From assembly GCA_965644315.1 (NCBI GenBank), contig CBFFRQ010000065.1, forward strand, positions 359,439 to 423,438: a DNA stretch of 64,000 nt, in the 5' to 3' direction. Of the stretch, positions 19,475 to 31,630 are shown in pieces; within the stretch, counting starts at the first letter, position 1, and the number at the start of each line of letters is the position of its first letter. The notes beneath the pieces are model-generated. The model was given only the letters and a program-made list of their open reading frames with translations. It was not told the DNA's origin and made no database searches. The translations under genes and the position numbers were made by a program. This DNA comes from Caecitellus pseudoparvulus. Lineage: Eukaryota; Protista; Bigyra: Bicosoecida.

Positions 19475-20543
19475 TCACTCTGCGCTGGCATGCGTCACCC
19501 CGACATCATACCCCCGTGCCACGCACGCCTCCAGCGCAGCATCCGACCGAGGGTTCAGCCACCCCCCACTGGTGTCCAGCTCCCAGCACCGGTACAAGCA
19601 CTGTGCGCCTCGCCCGAAACACTGCTTGGCAGACAGCGCGGCGCCAGGCACAGCGGTGGCTGCATCCTGCGCAGCAGCAGTTGTCGCGTCGCCACCGGCC
19701 CGCCTCCGGGCCTTGCCTGCGCGCTCCTGGCCCGAGGAGGGGGGGGCAGCGGCTGGCAGGGCAGGGGGCGCTGCCTCGGCGCCCGCCTCCAGGTCTTGCC
19801 CGCGCCCAACGAGGAAGCAGCCGAACCGACTCAGCGTGCGCAGATCCGAGGCGCCCTGCACGCCTGCCCGGAACGCGTCATCACTCACCAAGGCCTTCAG
19901 CCCGACACCTTTGCTGTACTGGGTGTAGGCCAAGTTGAACATGTGGTTGGCGTGTGCTGCGGCGTCGGCTTCTGTGTCGCGCTCGGCACCGGCGTCAGGC
20001 GGACCTGACAGGTCCAGCGGCTCTGCCTCTCGAAAACCTGCATAGAACGGCAGATGGGAGCGTGAAGTGCCGTGAATGCCTGTGATGGCCTTGTCTCGCT
20101 TTGCTGGACTGGGTGTGCCGAAATTCTGCATGCGAAGCCCTCCTGAGCCTGCGGAATTCGCTGGCCTCACCTGCTCCTTGTGTGACGCAGAGCGACCGCA
20201 AGTGGGGACGTTTGGACAGAAAAGCGCCGCTGATGTAGGAACAAGATGGTACGATCTTCATGCCAGTCTCCTCAGCGTGCTGAAAGGCGGCCCCCACCAC
20301 AAGGGCAGCCAAGCCCTTGCCTCGCTGTGCTGGGTCGGTCCACGTGTGGTACAAGTCCAGGGTGCCCTTGCAGGCCCCTGGCCCGGAGCACTGCATGCCT
20401 GTCGCGGCGTACTCGACGTAAGCCACCTGCTTGCCGGAGGCGCGGTCCTGCACCGCGAAGCGCGAGCTCGCCGGCTGATGCTGCAGTGTGAAGTCACTCG
20501 CGCCGGGCGACGGAGCAGGGGCATCGCCTGACGATGCTGCCAT
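19475..20543 (-). CDS. GNAT (YjdJ/NATD1-like) acetyltransferase with an unknown C-terminal domain
   Basis: LDLYHTWTDPAQRGKGLA...KIVPSCSYI is the Acetyltransf_CG motif. Intron 20038-20170 (GTGAGG..TATGCAG) joins it in frame to the 19475-20170 ORF. Confidence 0.75.
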
Positions 20544-20841
20544 GTCTGCTTGTATGCTATATGCGGAGTTTGGTTGAAGAGGGAGAGAATGCTCGAAGGC
20601 TACGTCTTGCTGGGAATGTGGATTGAGCTACAGCAGCCTTTGCAGCACCGAAAGCGGGCCTGCATGGACGGTGACAGCAGGGGGGCACAACTGGGAAAGT
20701 GTGAACTCAGACAGACTCCACGTGCAAATCAATCCAATGTGGAGTATGTGAGCCTCGTCACAGCCAGTCAAACCTTTTGATTGGCGCGTTGTGTGCTGCT
20801 GGACTGCGCCGTTTCGGCCGCGTTTCGCTCAACCAGCTGCC

Positions 20842-22702
20842 ATGATTGTGCTTGGCACGTATGAAGGCAGCATTGTCGGGTGGCGGCGTGTGGTGGGGGA
20901 ACCCCGTGTGCTGATCATGTCCTTCGCGTACAATGCCCACCAAGGCGCGCTGAAGACCATCAGCATCGACCACGCCCGGCAGTCCATCATGCTGTCTGGT
21001 GGCGTGGACGAACAAGTGCGGTGAGTGAGCTGCGCGGAAGGAGCCGGAGGCCCCCTTTGCGCACCTGCATGCATCCCCGCGCCCCGCCCATGCCACGACA
21101 GGCTGTATCGGCTGAACACACAGCGTGAAGAGGGGCTGTTGATGGAGCATGCCAGTGCGTCCCGCGCTGCAAGCCAGCCAGCTGGCTGTCAAAACTGCAC
21201 ACACCTCCCCGCCCCCTGCAACAGGCACCATCACCGCCTCGGCGTTCTGGGGCAAGCGCAACGCCATCACTGCGGATGCAGCAGGGCAAATTTGCATTTG
21301 GCGGTGCCACGACTGGTTGTGTCTGCACCAGGCAGCCGCCCACGAAGGCGAGGTGCTGGGTGTGGCAGTGCATCGAACTGGGCGCCTCGCACTCACAGTG
21401 GGGGCCGACAACCAGTGCAAACTGTGGGAGCTGGCAAAGGGCGCCTGCATGCACAGTGCAGACGTGGGCAGCACGCCTGTCGCCGTGGCGTGGTCGCCAG
21501 ACTGCACGCAGTACGTTGTTGTAACGCAGCAGGAGGTGCTGGTGCACAGCGGCGCCACAGGGCAGCGCCTGCACACTGTGCCCCATTCCAGCAAGCCCAC
21601 CTGCGCTGTGTTCTTGTCTGACCACTTGCTGGCCACAGGTGCAGCAGACTGTTCCGTGCGCGTGTGGAACACAGAGGCGGGCGCCTTGCAGGCGGTGCTG
21701 CCGACTGGCCACGCCAACCGCATCAAGGCTTTGAATTGGCTGCCCAGCTCCACCCTGGACGAAGTGGAGGGGGCGCCTGAAGGAGTCAGTGATGCGGACG
21801 ATGGGCCCACTGGTGACCTGTCTACCCAAGCACCCGCCCTTGCCCTGCGCAAGACTGCCGAGATGCAGGGGGGCGTGCGGGTGGCGCCTGACTCTGGCGC
21901 GGGCGTGCTGGTGACGGTGGGCAGCACGGGCACTGTGAAGTTGTGGGACATGGGCCCACTGGTGGCCCCACCCGCCGACACGCCAGACCACCTGCCCAAG
22001 GGCTGGGCCGCTGAGGCAGCCGAGTGGGGTGGGGTGGCGGTGGTAGAGCGTCCCGCCCTGCAGGGCATCGCTCCCCTGGCTACACTTTGGGGAGCGCATG
22101 GCTCCCGTGTCACCTGCTGTGCCGTCGGACGGCACATCCCCATCGCAAAGGCCTCCGACCTGCAGCATGTGGCAGTCGCGGCATCCCAGGCTAGCGGGGG
22201 GGTGGCGCCCTCAGCCCTCCCCTCAAAGGCAGCGCCAGCGCCAGGGCGCGCCACGGCAGGCTCCAAAGCCACGCTGAAACGCAGCAAGGCGGCCAAAGCA
22301 CAGCCTGCTCCCAAGGCACGCGGCAAGGGTGGCCCCACAGCTGCGCGCTTCAACGTCAAGAAGTCCCGCCCAGTGCCCACAGCTGGTGGCCAGGCGGCTG
22401 AGCAGCCGGCACCAGCACGTGCCTCTGGCACTGCCAAGGGGGGCAAGAAGCGCAGGAGAGCAGAGGGCGGTGTGGCAGTGCCTGCAAACTCCAGTGCCCC
22501 GTCGGCCAGAGGCGGGGCCAAGGCAGCCCGAACGGCTGAGAAGCAATCACCTGCCGCCAAGGCCAAGCCTGGCGTCGTGAACTTCCTGTCCAAGAAGCAG
22601 AGTCGGTCCCTCGTGCGTGGGGCGCAGAGGAAGCAGAAGCGCCGCGGCCAGCGCAGCGAACGGCAGGCTGAGCGGCTGGAGGCTCGTGGCCAGCGTCAGT
22701 GA
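20842..22702 (+). CDS. PAK1IP1: PAK1-interacting protein 1 / Mak11-like WD40 ribosome biogenesis factor
   Basis: IVLGTYEGSIVG, AHQGALK, SGGVDEQVR|LY...EEGLLMEH, WD repeats (VHRTGRLALTVG, HANRIK) and a basic C-terminal tail; two introns. Confidence 0.85.
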
Positions 22703-22918
22703 GCGGGCCAGGATCGCACCCCCGGCGAGGGCAGCCAAGGCAGTGGGGAGAATGGGTGTAAATTCAAAGCCGCCCATTTCTTCCCACCCCCTTCGGTCCC
22801 ACTCGCCCCTCTTCCTCCCCTGAACCCGCCGGCAGCCTTCCACGTGACTGAGCAGTGGCCAATTTCCGCGCTGCACACCTCAGCGCCCCTGTCCCACCCC
22901 TGCCCCCTTCACCTCACA

Positions 22919-23350
22919 ATGGTGAGTGACGCCACGCGCAGCAAGTACAGATCTGCTGCATGCAGCTGTGGACACACAAGCTGTCCTCTGTACAGGCCGT
23001 CATTGACAAGGTTGTTGGCACCGCCATGCTGCTGGCTGCTGCAGTCATCTTCGCATACTACACAGCCTGGGTTGTCGTCACGGTGCGTACAGCAGCATCA
23101 TGTGCAGGCGCACCTTGTTGTGGCAGCATGCACTGGTCCTGCACCCGTGCATGCCCTGCCTGCGCAGCCTTTCCTGGGCACTGAGGACCCGCTGTTGGCG
23201 TACTTCCCTGATCGGTACTACGCTGTGGCGCTGCCTGCTGTGTTGCTGGTGGCGGGCGTCACGCTAGTCATGGCCTTCGTGGGGGTGGTCATGATGAAGA
23301 CGGCTGCGAAGAAGGCCAAGAAGGCTGCAGAGTCCAAGAAGGACGCCTGA
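22919..23350 (+). CDS. DPM2: Dolichol-phosphate mannosyltransferase subunit 2
   Basis: M|AVIDKVVGTAMLLAAAVIFAYYTAWVVVT|PFLGTEDPLLAYFPDRYYAVALP. The first coding exon is only the ATG. Confidence 0.92.
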   Translation: MVSDATRSKYRSAACSCGHTSCPLYRPSLTRLLAPPCCWLLQSSSHTTQPGLSSRCVQQHHVQAHLVVAACTGPAPVHALPAQPFLGTEDPLLAYFPDRYYAVALPAVLLVAGVTLVMAFVGVVMMKTAAKKAKKAAESKKDA

Positions 23351-23549
23351 TGCCCTGCCACGCCACGTGCCACGCCACGGCCTTCCGAGCCGATCCCCCG
23401 CCCCACCGTGCGGGCGTGCTGGGCGGCAGCGGCGCACAGGCGTCCTTCCCTGCCGCCCAACCCCACGCTTGGGCTGCTCACAGCGCTGCCCAGTCCTCGC
23501 TCCCAGTGCTTGCGAAATACAAGACAATGCATTGGCCCACGCGGCAGCC

Positions 23550-26150
23550 TCAGCGCCTGTCGTGTGTGCCCAGACGCCGCTTGCCAGAGTACAAGTGCTT
23601 GGGCATGGCTGTGCCCTCGAAGCGGTCCGCCTCGCCCTTGCGGCCCACCCTGTTGCGGCTGCGCTGCAGCATGCGGCCCAGCTTGAACGCGGCGCGCTTC
23701 TGCGTGAGGTCCTTGAACCCGTCTGAAGGCGTCCACGTGGTGAGGTCCACGCCACGCTCGCGCACAGAGGCTGAGCGTGAGCGCTCCCTGGACTTGTGCC
23801 GTGCCGCCACGGCGGGTGCTTCCTCGCCCTCGCCGTCACCGCCCTGGCGACGGGTGCGTGAGCGACCACGCACTTGGCTGGGGGTGCGCTTGTCTGCGTG
23901 AGCGAGGTCGACGTCCTCGTCGCCGCGACCACGGCTGCGACCACGCTTGCGCTTGATGCCTCGGGGGGCCGTCTGCGCCACCTGCTCGCTGATGGCCTTG
24001 GCCGTCGCCTCGTCCACGCCCTTGCGGATGAGACGCCCCTCCAGGCCGCTGGCAGTGGGCGCGCCGATGATCTTGCGAGGGACAGCGCCCCGGTTGTGGC
24101 CCTTCTCGCGGCCAGCCGCCCGTCGCAGCGCGTCGCGCCGCGCTCGCACGGCGTGGGCCATGGCAGCCTGCTTGCGCCGCTCCAGTGTGTCGGGGGCGTA
24201 CAGCCCCGACGCCTTCTCAGCCTCGTACTGCGCCAGCAGGGCAGCCTCCTCCGCCTCCAGCGCCTGCACGTGAGCCAGGATGTCGGGGTCCACGTAGTCG
24301 AAGACGTTCATGCCGTCCATGAACTGGGGCATGACGTCATCCTTCCACCCGTCCTCTGCCAGCAGGTAGTCCTTCGTGTCGTCGGGGCGGTACACACCCA
24401 TGCCGCCCAAGGCGCGCTCGCGGTCCACCTCCAGAACGGCGCCACCGGGTCCAGTGCCGGTGACCACCACTGCCCCCTCGGGCACGGCGCCACCCGCCTT
24501 GGCAGCCTCTGCCGCTGAGATGACCGTCACGGCGCCACCCGCCTTGGCCCCCGAGGCTGCCACGAGGGCATCCCCCGTGATGGAGGGGCCGGGAAGGTCG
24601 TACGCACGGCCGCCCAGGCCACTCGCCGTCATTGCAGGCAGGGCTCCGCCGCCGATGATGGCGGATGCAGGGGGCATGCCGAGGCCAGCGCTGCCGCCCA
24701 CCTCGAAGTCATCCTCCTCGTCGTCCCCGCCGCGCACTGTGAGCACGCCTGAGGCCGAGGTGGGCCCCACCGCCGTGCCGAAGCCCGCTGCCGCCTCGGC
24801 ACCCAGTCGATCAGCCTCTGCCTTCGCTGCCGCCTTCACGGCGCGGCGAGCGGCTACTGCTGCTGGGATGTTGGCTGTGCGCACCCGGCCATCTCGAGGT
24901 TTGGGCATGGTGACGGTGAGGCGGTTCAGGACCTTGGCGATCTTGCCGCGCTGCTGCATCTTGCGCGCGACGCGGATGCGCTTCAGCACGTCACAGGCCG
25001 TGTTGCGCACGTGCATGACGCCCTCGTCCGTGAAGTTGGACATGGTGGCGAAGGTGGCGCCGGAGTTGGCCACGAGCCCCTCGATGCGCTGGCGAGAGTA
25101 GGCGTCCAGTGTGTCCCACGGCTGTGCGTCGGTCTTGGTGGCCACGATGAGCAGGGGGCGGTCCGTGAACAGCGGCTTGATGTTCTCGAACAGGCGCGCC
25201 TGCTGCTCAATGGTGAAGCCACACTGCTCGGAGATGTCGATGAAGAAGAGCACGGTGGCGTGCAGGTGCGCCAGGGCCGTGATGGCCTGCATCTCGATGG
25301 TGTTGCGTTCCTCCAGGGGGTGGTCCAGAATGCCCGGCGTGTCCAGCACCTGCCACCTGCCGAAGTCGTAGTCGAAGTGCCCCACAAACAAGGACTTGGT
25401 CGTGAAGGCGTATGGCTGCACCTCCACGTCTGCTCGAGACACCTTGTTCATGAAGGAGGACTTGCCCACGTTGGGGTACCCCGTCACGATCAGCGTGCGG
25501 GTGGTGGGGTCGATGGATGGCAGGCGGGAGAGATGCTTGCGCACCTCCTCCAAGTACTCCAAGTTCGGGCGCTGCTTCTTGATCAGCGTGCACATGCGCC
25601 CCAGAGCGGCCACCTTCACCTGCTTGCACGCGAAGGCCGTGTCACCTGTGACGGGGGCGGGCAGTGAGCGCCGAAAGTGCTGCCTGCGTTTCACCTGGCC
25701 CGCGAAACGCCAGCGCTCGCTCACCATACTGCAGCATTTTGCCGTAGTCATTGGCCAGCTTGTCCACCAGACTGCGGCAGGTGTTCAGCTGCCCCAACGC
25801 CAGCTTGTAGTGGTCCTTGTCGTACAGGACGTTGATCAGGTCGGCGTAGAAAGGGTGCACATCCTGTGGGAGGAGCAGAACAGTGTTCGCACCCTGCCAC
25901 GCCAGCGCCCCTGCAGCCTGCCGGCACTCACGTCCAGGCGGGGGAAGTCGTCCAGAATACGCGTGAGGCGCTCGTGGATGGTGGAGGAGGTGAACTTCAC
26001 CTTGTTCATGTAGAACTTGCGGATGCGGCTGATGGCAAAGTTGGGGTGGATCTGAGACGGCGTCTTCCTCGTCGTCTTGCTCAGCACGGCGTCGATCATG
26101 TCCGGTGCAGACAGCACCGGCTGAATGCCCTTGAAGTTGTACCCTGACAT
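23550..26150 (-). CDS. GTPBP4: Nucleolar GTP-binding protein 1 (NOG1)
   Basis: [46 protein letters not shown] and C-terminal PKHLYSGKR; two introns. Confidence 0.97.
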
Positions 26151-26386
26151 GTTGTCCTAGTTGTCTGCTTGTTCAGGGGGCTTCACACGCCTGTAGGGCT
26201 GACAGGCACAGGCCAGCGGCAGCTGCAGGAATCGTGCTCTGGGAGCAAATTCCGCCCTCACACGGGAGCCAGCAGCGTGCAGCGCAGCCACCAGAGACAC
26301 AGGTGGGCGCAGAGGGGACACGTGCAAGACAGTACGTTGGCATTGGGTGTGCAGGCCCTGAATTTTGTCGCGGTGCTGGGCAATGC

Positions 26387-28393
26387 CTAGGCTGTAAGCG
26401 CCAAGTACAGCAGCAAGCCACCCAGCATGCCAATGTTCTTGAAAAAGTGCACGAATTCGGCGCTAAAGGCGTCCGGAAAAGTTGGGACAAAAGCACTCTC
26501 CACATTCTCCACCGCTCCTGTGGAAGTTGTGGGCGGGCTGCTCTCAGGCGCTCCCCGACGGCCGGCGCTGCGTGCACGCCCGTCCTTGCCCGTCCCCTCG
26601 GCGCCGCTCCTGGTGCCCTCTGCCTCGCTCTGGGCCTTGGCAGCTGCCTGCAGGATGGCACGCTCCACTTGGGGCTCCCAGGCATTGCTGCGCAGACCGA
26701 CATTCCAGAAATCGTGCACGAGGAAGGTGACGGGCGCCAGAAACGCCACCAGCACCATGGCAGCTTCGCGTGGGTACACCCCGAACATGAAGGCGAGACT
26801 GGCCAGGTACTGCCCAGCAACAGCCAGTGCCAGGGCAGTGCTAGCCAGGGGCAGGGGCAGCAAGGCAGCCTCGGCGTGTCCGTTTCGCGACGTGGCAACG
26901 CAGCACAGCGCGCCACGAGCGCTTGCGAGGAAGTATGACAGCTTGCTCTGCACCAGGCGGCTGGCGTGGTGCCACATGATGATGTTGTTCACACCTCCCA
27001 GGCAGAACAGGATGGCCAGCGTGAAGCGCCCCAGCACTGCCGCCGGCACGAGAGCGGCAAACGCGGCAGTGCCAGTGCTGAGCGCGAACTGTGCCGTTTG
27101 CTGTGGCAGCGTGGCTAGGTCGTCCCCACCACGCCTGAAGCGTGCGATGAGCGCAAAGGCCCAAGGCAACATGCACGCAAAGATGGAGACGGCGGTGACT
27201 GCTGGCCAGAGGACCGCCTGTGGGACGTCCACGTCGCCCCACACGCCCGTGTGAACCCAGTACGGGTGAGGAATGTTGAAGAATTCCTTCGGCGCATGTG
27301 GCGCAACCCACCCCTCGAAGGCGTCGGGAGACAGCGCTCCAGTGCCCAGGGCAAGTGCCGCCGCGGCTCGAATGTGCGGCGGGGCAGCGTTCAACACAGA
27401 TCCCGGTACAGGGAGCAGCACCCCCGCCACGACCTGCACTAGCACGGCCAAGAGGGTGGCCGCCCAGCCGCCCAAAACCAAAAAGGTGAAGTACGCAGCG
27501 TTCAAATTTCCGCGTGCGCCGGTGGTGCGCGCACTGCGTGCCGTGCAGCGGTGCAGAACGACGGCGCACGATGTCGCGCCTGCAGCGGCGTCCACCGCAA
27601 TGTCCCGCGTGTTATTGGCGTGCTGCGTGTGAAAGGGGACAGCGAGGTGCACGTGCAGGTAGCTTCACGCAAAAGAAGACGAAGCGCACGCGGTGCCAAA
27701 GCGCCACGCACCAGAATGCCCGTTGTAAGCAGGCCAACGCCAAGTGACAGAGTCAACACGCTGGCTGGCACGCGGCCGACCATGGCGAGGGAGGCCCCTG
27801 CCATGACCAGCGGACCGAAGGCTGTGAACACGGCCATGTCTCCGAGCCCATTGTACTTGAGGCTGATGGGCTTGGCAGTGTAGAAGACGCCGATGGCTAT
27901 GCCTGCTGCGGCAACGGGCAGAAACGTTGCCACACCCCGCACCTCCACGTAGTACCCGCACACTGCCCCCGCCACCGTCAAGCAAGCAATGGCGAGGCCA
28001 GCGACAGTGTTGGGCGACACGATGCCGTCCACCAAGCTGCGATCGTCTGCACGGCTGGGCGTGTCCAGGCCTGACTTGTGGTCCACCCAAGTGTTGACCA
28101 GGTTGCCTGCAGCATGCGCGAAGACAGCTCCAAAGACGGGCAGCAGCACGTCCTGAGGCTGCACTTCCCGGCCCTCAGTCAGTAGGAGGGTGGCAGTCAG
28201 TGCCACGGGTACGAAGGACACAGCAAAGCTCCACGGCCGCATGGCAAGGATCTGCAAGCCGCCGCGCAAGGGCGAGGTGCGAGCGGAAATTACTCAGCCC
28301 ACCACGCAAGCAGGCGACACGCACCGTCGACCGCAGCCATGTCGGCACCCAAGCACCCTTCACCCCAAAATACGCGAGACTTGCAGCGTCCAT
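26387..28393 (-). CDS. UBIAD1: UbiA-family prenyltransferase (UBIAD1/MenA-like) fused to a C-terminal DoxX domain
   Basis: RPWSF, NLVNTWVDHKSGLD..ADDRSLV, YT..P..LKY.GLGD and GIL|HANNTRD across two GTGCGT introns. The last exon continues in frame into a DoxX-like region (LGRFTLAILF...HDFWN...HFFKNIGMLGGLL). Confidence 0.85.
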
Positions 28394-28513
28394 CTTGGAC
28401 GCACCGCCGTCGCTTGCCGGGTCTTGCCACTGCAGGCAGAATCCGCCACTGGGCCTGGGCCTGACGTGGCAGCGATGCGTGCATTGTGCGCCACGTCACC
28501 AACTGCGCCGGCG

Positions 28514-29899
28514 TCACCCCCTGAGCTCCGCCTCCACACCAAATCGAGAAAGGGGCAGGGACAGCTGCGGTGCCTCCCCTGCCAGCATCTCCCCCATGCT
28601 CTGTCGCCCGAACAGGTACCCCATGCTCATGCCGTGCCCTGTGAAGCCGCCAGCCCACCACACTGGAGGGGCAGAACCTGTGCAAGGAAGGGAAGGGGCA
28701 AAAACTGTGCAAACCGCCTGCACGCCATAATCACAGTGTGCGTGCACTCAGGCCTCACCTTTGCTCTGGGCCAGCACTGGCCCTGCAGCAGGCAAGCCAT
28801 CGGGGCTGAAACCCATTGTGCCGCACCACGCTTGTTGGGGTGCGAAGGGGGCCCCTAGCAGAGCCTGGGCAAAGGCGGCCAAGCTGCCTTGCACCTCCTT
28901 TGATGTCGCGTCGTCAGTGCCCACTTGGGATGCTGCGTGTGCCCTGCGGCAGCCCCCCATGAGGAGGCTGCCGCCTGGGCCTTCGCGGAAGTACTTGTCC
29001 CCTCTGTCTGCGTAGTACGCAAAGGCCAGCTCCAAGCCCGGCATCGTCCCTGACACCATCTGACCCTTAACTGGGCGGGCCAGGGCGCCCACCGCCTCCG
29101 GCAGCAGGGACGGAGTCACAGCCTGGGTGTAACCGTTGGTCGCCACAAGCACCTGCCGAGCCAGGACTCGCCCGTGGCCTGCTGAGAGACACCAGGCCTC
29201 TCCATCTGAGGTGGGCGAAATGTCATGCACTGGGCAGTGCTCGTGCACAGGGTCAGTCAGCGCGCTCTGCAGCACGCTGAGAATGTGCATGGGGTTCACG
29301 ATGCGGTCGCCAGGGTTTACGAGGCCCACCAGCGGTCGCGGCGCGCCGTCCTCTGCCCCCCCCCGCCACACACTGTCCTGCACCTGCCCGGGGTACACCA
29401 GCTCTGCTTCCAGGCCCTGGCTGCCCATAAGGGCGCAGGTGGCCTCCAGGTCCGCCGCCTCCTCTGCATCCAGCGCCAGCAGGCAGCTGGGCTTGGCCTG
29501 CACCGAGTGCAGCTCCATCACGCCGACGTCTTGCAAGGCGGCAATGTTTGCCTCTGTGAATCGCCACAGGGCCTGTGCTGCTTCCACACCAAACTGCTCC
29601 GTTGCGACTTTGAAGTTGTCGGCAAAGCCTCGGATGAGGAAACCTGCATTGCGCCCGCTGGCGCCGCAGCCCACCACGCCTGCCTCCAGCACCGCGACAC
29701 GCTGCCCGCGCTGCTGGGCTTCCAGGGCCGCACCCAGGCCGCAAATCCCACCCCCAACCACAGCTACATCTACATGGCTCGTGCTGTCCCAGCTGCTCGA
29801 CTGCCACAGGCTTGTGCTGGACAGCCTGCAGGCGCCAGCTGCGGAATGTGCGCTTGATGCCGCAGCCGGCCAAACTTTGCGCTGCAGCACACTGGCCAT
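28514..29899 (-). CDS. FAD-dependent oxidoreductase (DAO/DadA family, PuuB-like)
   Basis: DVAVVGGGICG, GASGRNAGF, VLVATNGY, WCGTMGFSPDGLP, and after intron 28678-28758 AGGFTGHGM; transit-like N-terminus. Confidence 0.9.
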
Positions 29900-30203
29900 G
29901 GGGGGCAGAGCAGGGGGTGCAATTCAGTCAGATATGAGTAATGTAGCACACACGTCGTTGGGGGTTGGAATTTTTATCATTATGATTACCTAGCACTCTC
30001 GAGGAAGGAAAAACTGCTGCGCGTGTGATCTTGGCCACCATTCAGAAAAAGGGACAGTCACACACCAATAGACACTCACCACTGCTGACATTAATTTTCG
30101 AAGTCCATGTTTCAAGTACCCACGAAAGAGCAGAGACCACAAGGACGACTTTCTGGTTCAGTTACACCACGTATTGCAGCGAAGGCCTGTGGAAGTGGCC
30201 GGC

Positions 30204-31630
30204 ATGGCAGCCGCTGACGTGGACACAAGTGGCGCAGACGCGCCTGAGCAAGGTCAACGCAAGGCACAGCAGATGAGCGTGACCAGCTTTGCGTCCATGC
30301 TGTGGTGTGAGCGGCAGTGGCACCTGCAGCGTGTGACTCGGAGGCGAGGTATGGGTGGCGTTCACGAGGCCACTTGAGCTCAGCAGGGAAACACTTGCTC
30401 AAGCGCTCCGCATGCACAGTTCAGACTGTGGCCATGGCAGCCGGCACAGAGGTGCACGAGAAGTTGGAGGCAGAGATCCACGAAGTGGTGACTGTGCCTA
30501 CGGAGTCCAGGGAGGACGACTTCGCGGTGCAGGTGCTGAACCTCGTGCAGGGGGTGCGGGAGCTGCTGGCCTCTGGCGTTTCGCGAGAAACGCCAGTGTG
30601 GGCGCGGCTGGCCCTGCCTCCTGAAGCAGGGCAGGAAGAGGCGGGTGATGTGATGGCATCTGACTCTCAGTCGCCCGTTCTTGTCGGAATCATTGATGAG
30701 ATGGTCCTGGTGCCCAGCACCACGGAGGCAGGGGCTTCAAAGGCCGGCCAGCCTCGGCACATCCGAATCGTCGACTCGAAAACACGGGCCAGCGGGACGA
30801 TGCCCTCTGAGTCTGCCTCCAAGCCGGGCATGCTGCAGGTGAACTTGTACGCCCTGGCATTGGAGCGCCTCGTGCATTGCTGTAGGGGGCACGTGGGAGG
30901 CTCACGCCAAGGCGGCAAGCGGCGAAAGCGCTCAGGGGGCGCAGGGGGCCTTTGGGAGCCCATGCCTGCGCAGGAGGACCTTGCTTGGCTGCTGGACTTT
31001 TTCGAGTGCAAAGGAGCGTGCCTTCGGGGACCACTCAGCGCAGGAGTGCTCGCAGCAGCGGAACGGCAAGGCCTCATCGTGGAGTTGCTGCAACGCAGCG
31101 GCCCACTGCCTGAAGGCTGGACAGCTGATTCAGGCGGGGTGTACGCCTCCCTGGCTGGGGCAGTAGACGTCATGGCCCATGCTGTGGCTGCTTTGCCACC
31201 GTTGGCTGCGACAGGCGAGCTGGTGTACCGGTCGCAGAAGGACAAGGGTGCGGTCATCGGACGCAAGGCGTTTCCACTTCGCCGTGGGTGGGCCACTGCA
31301 TTGGTTCGACGGTCGTTGCAGTACAGGGCAGGGGCGCGAGAGGCTGCGCCAGTCCCAGAGCAGGAATGGTACAAGTGCCGGTATTGTGCTTTTGTGCGCG
31401 AGTGTGGACCTGCGTCGCCCATGGTGGCTCAGTTTGGCATGCCGCCGGATGACTGGCAGCCTGAAGGGCATGAAGGGGCACGGGTCACGACCCACGGCGC
31501 CAAGTGCACGGAAGACTCAGACGAAGCCTGGATCGAAGCTGCGGCGCAGGCTGTGGCTGCGCTGGAGCAAGGCAGGGAAACGCAGACCCCACCTGTTCTC
31601 AAGGCTGACCCGCCACGTCTGGCAGACTGA
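30204..31630 (+). CDS. EXO5: Exonuclease V (EXO5/DEM1 family)
   Basis: SVTSF...WCERQ, intron 30349-30419, AMAAGTEVHEKLE, RETPVW, LVGIIDE, IVDSKTR, LQVNLY and a CRYCAFVREC Fe-S motif. Confidence 0.9.

Noticed and set aside
29920-30170. AT-richer island as an snRNA or tRNA gene
   Set aside because: No recognisable RNA structure or A/B boxes. It fits a bidirectional promoter between the FAD oxidoreductase and EXO5.
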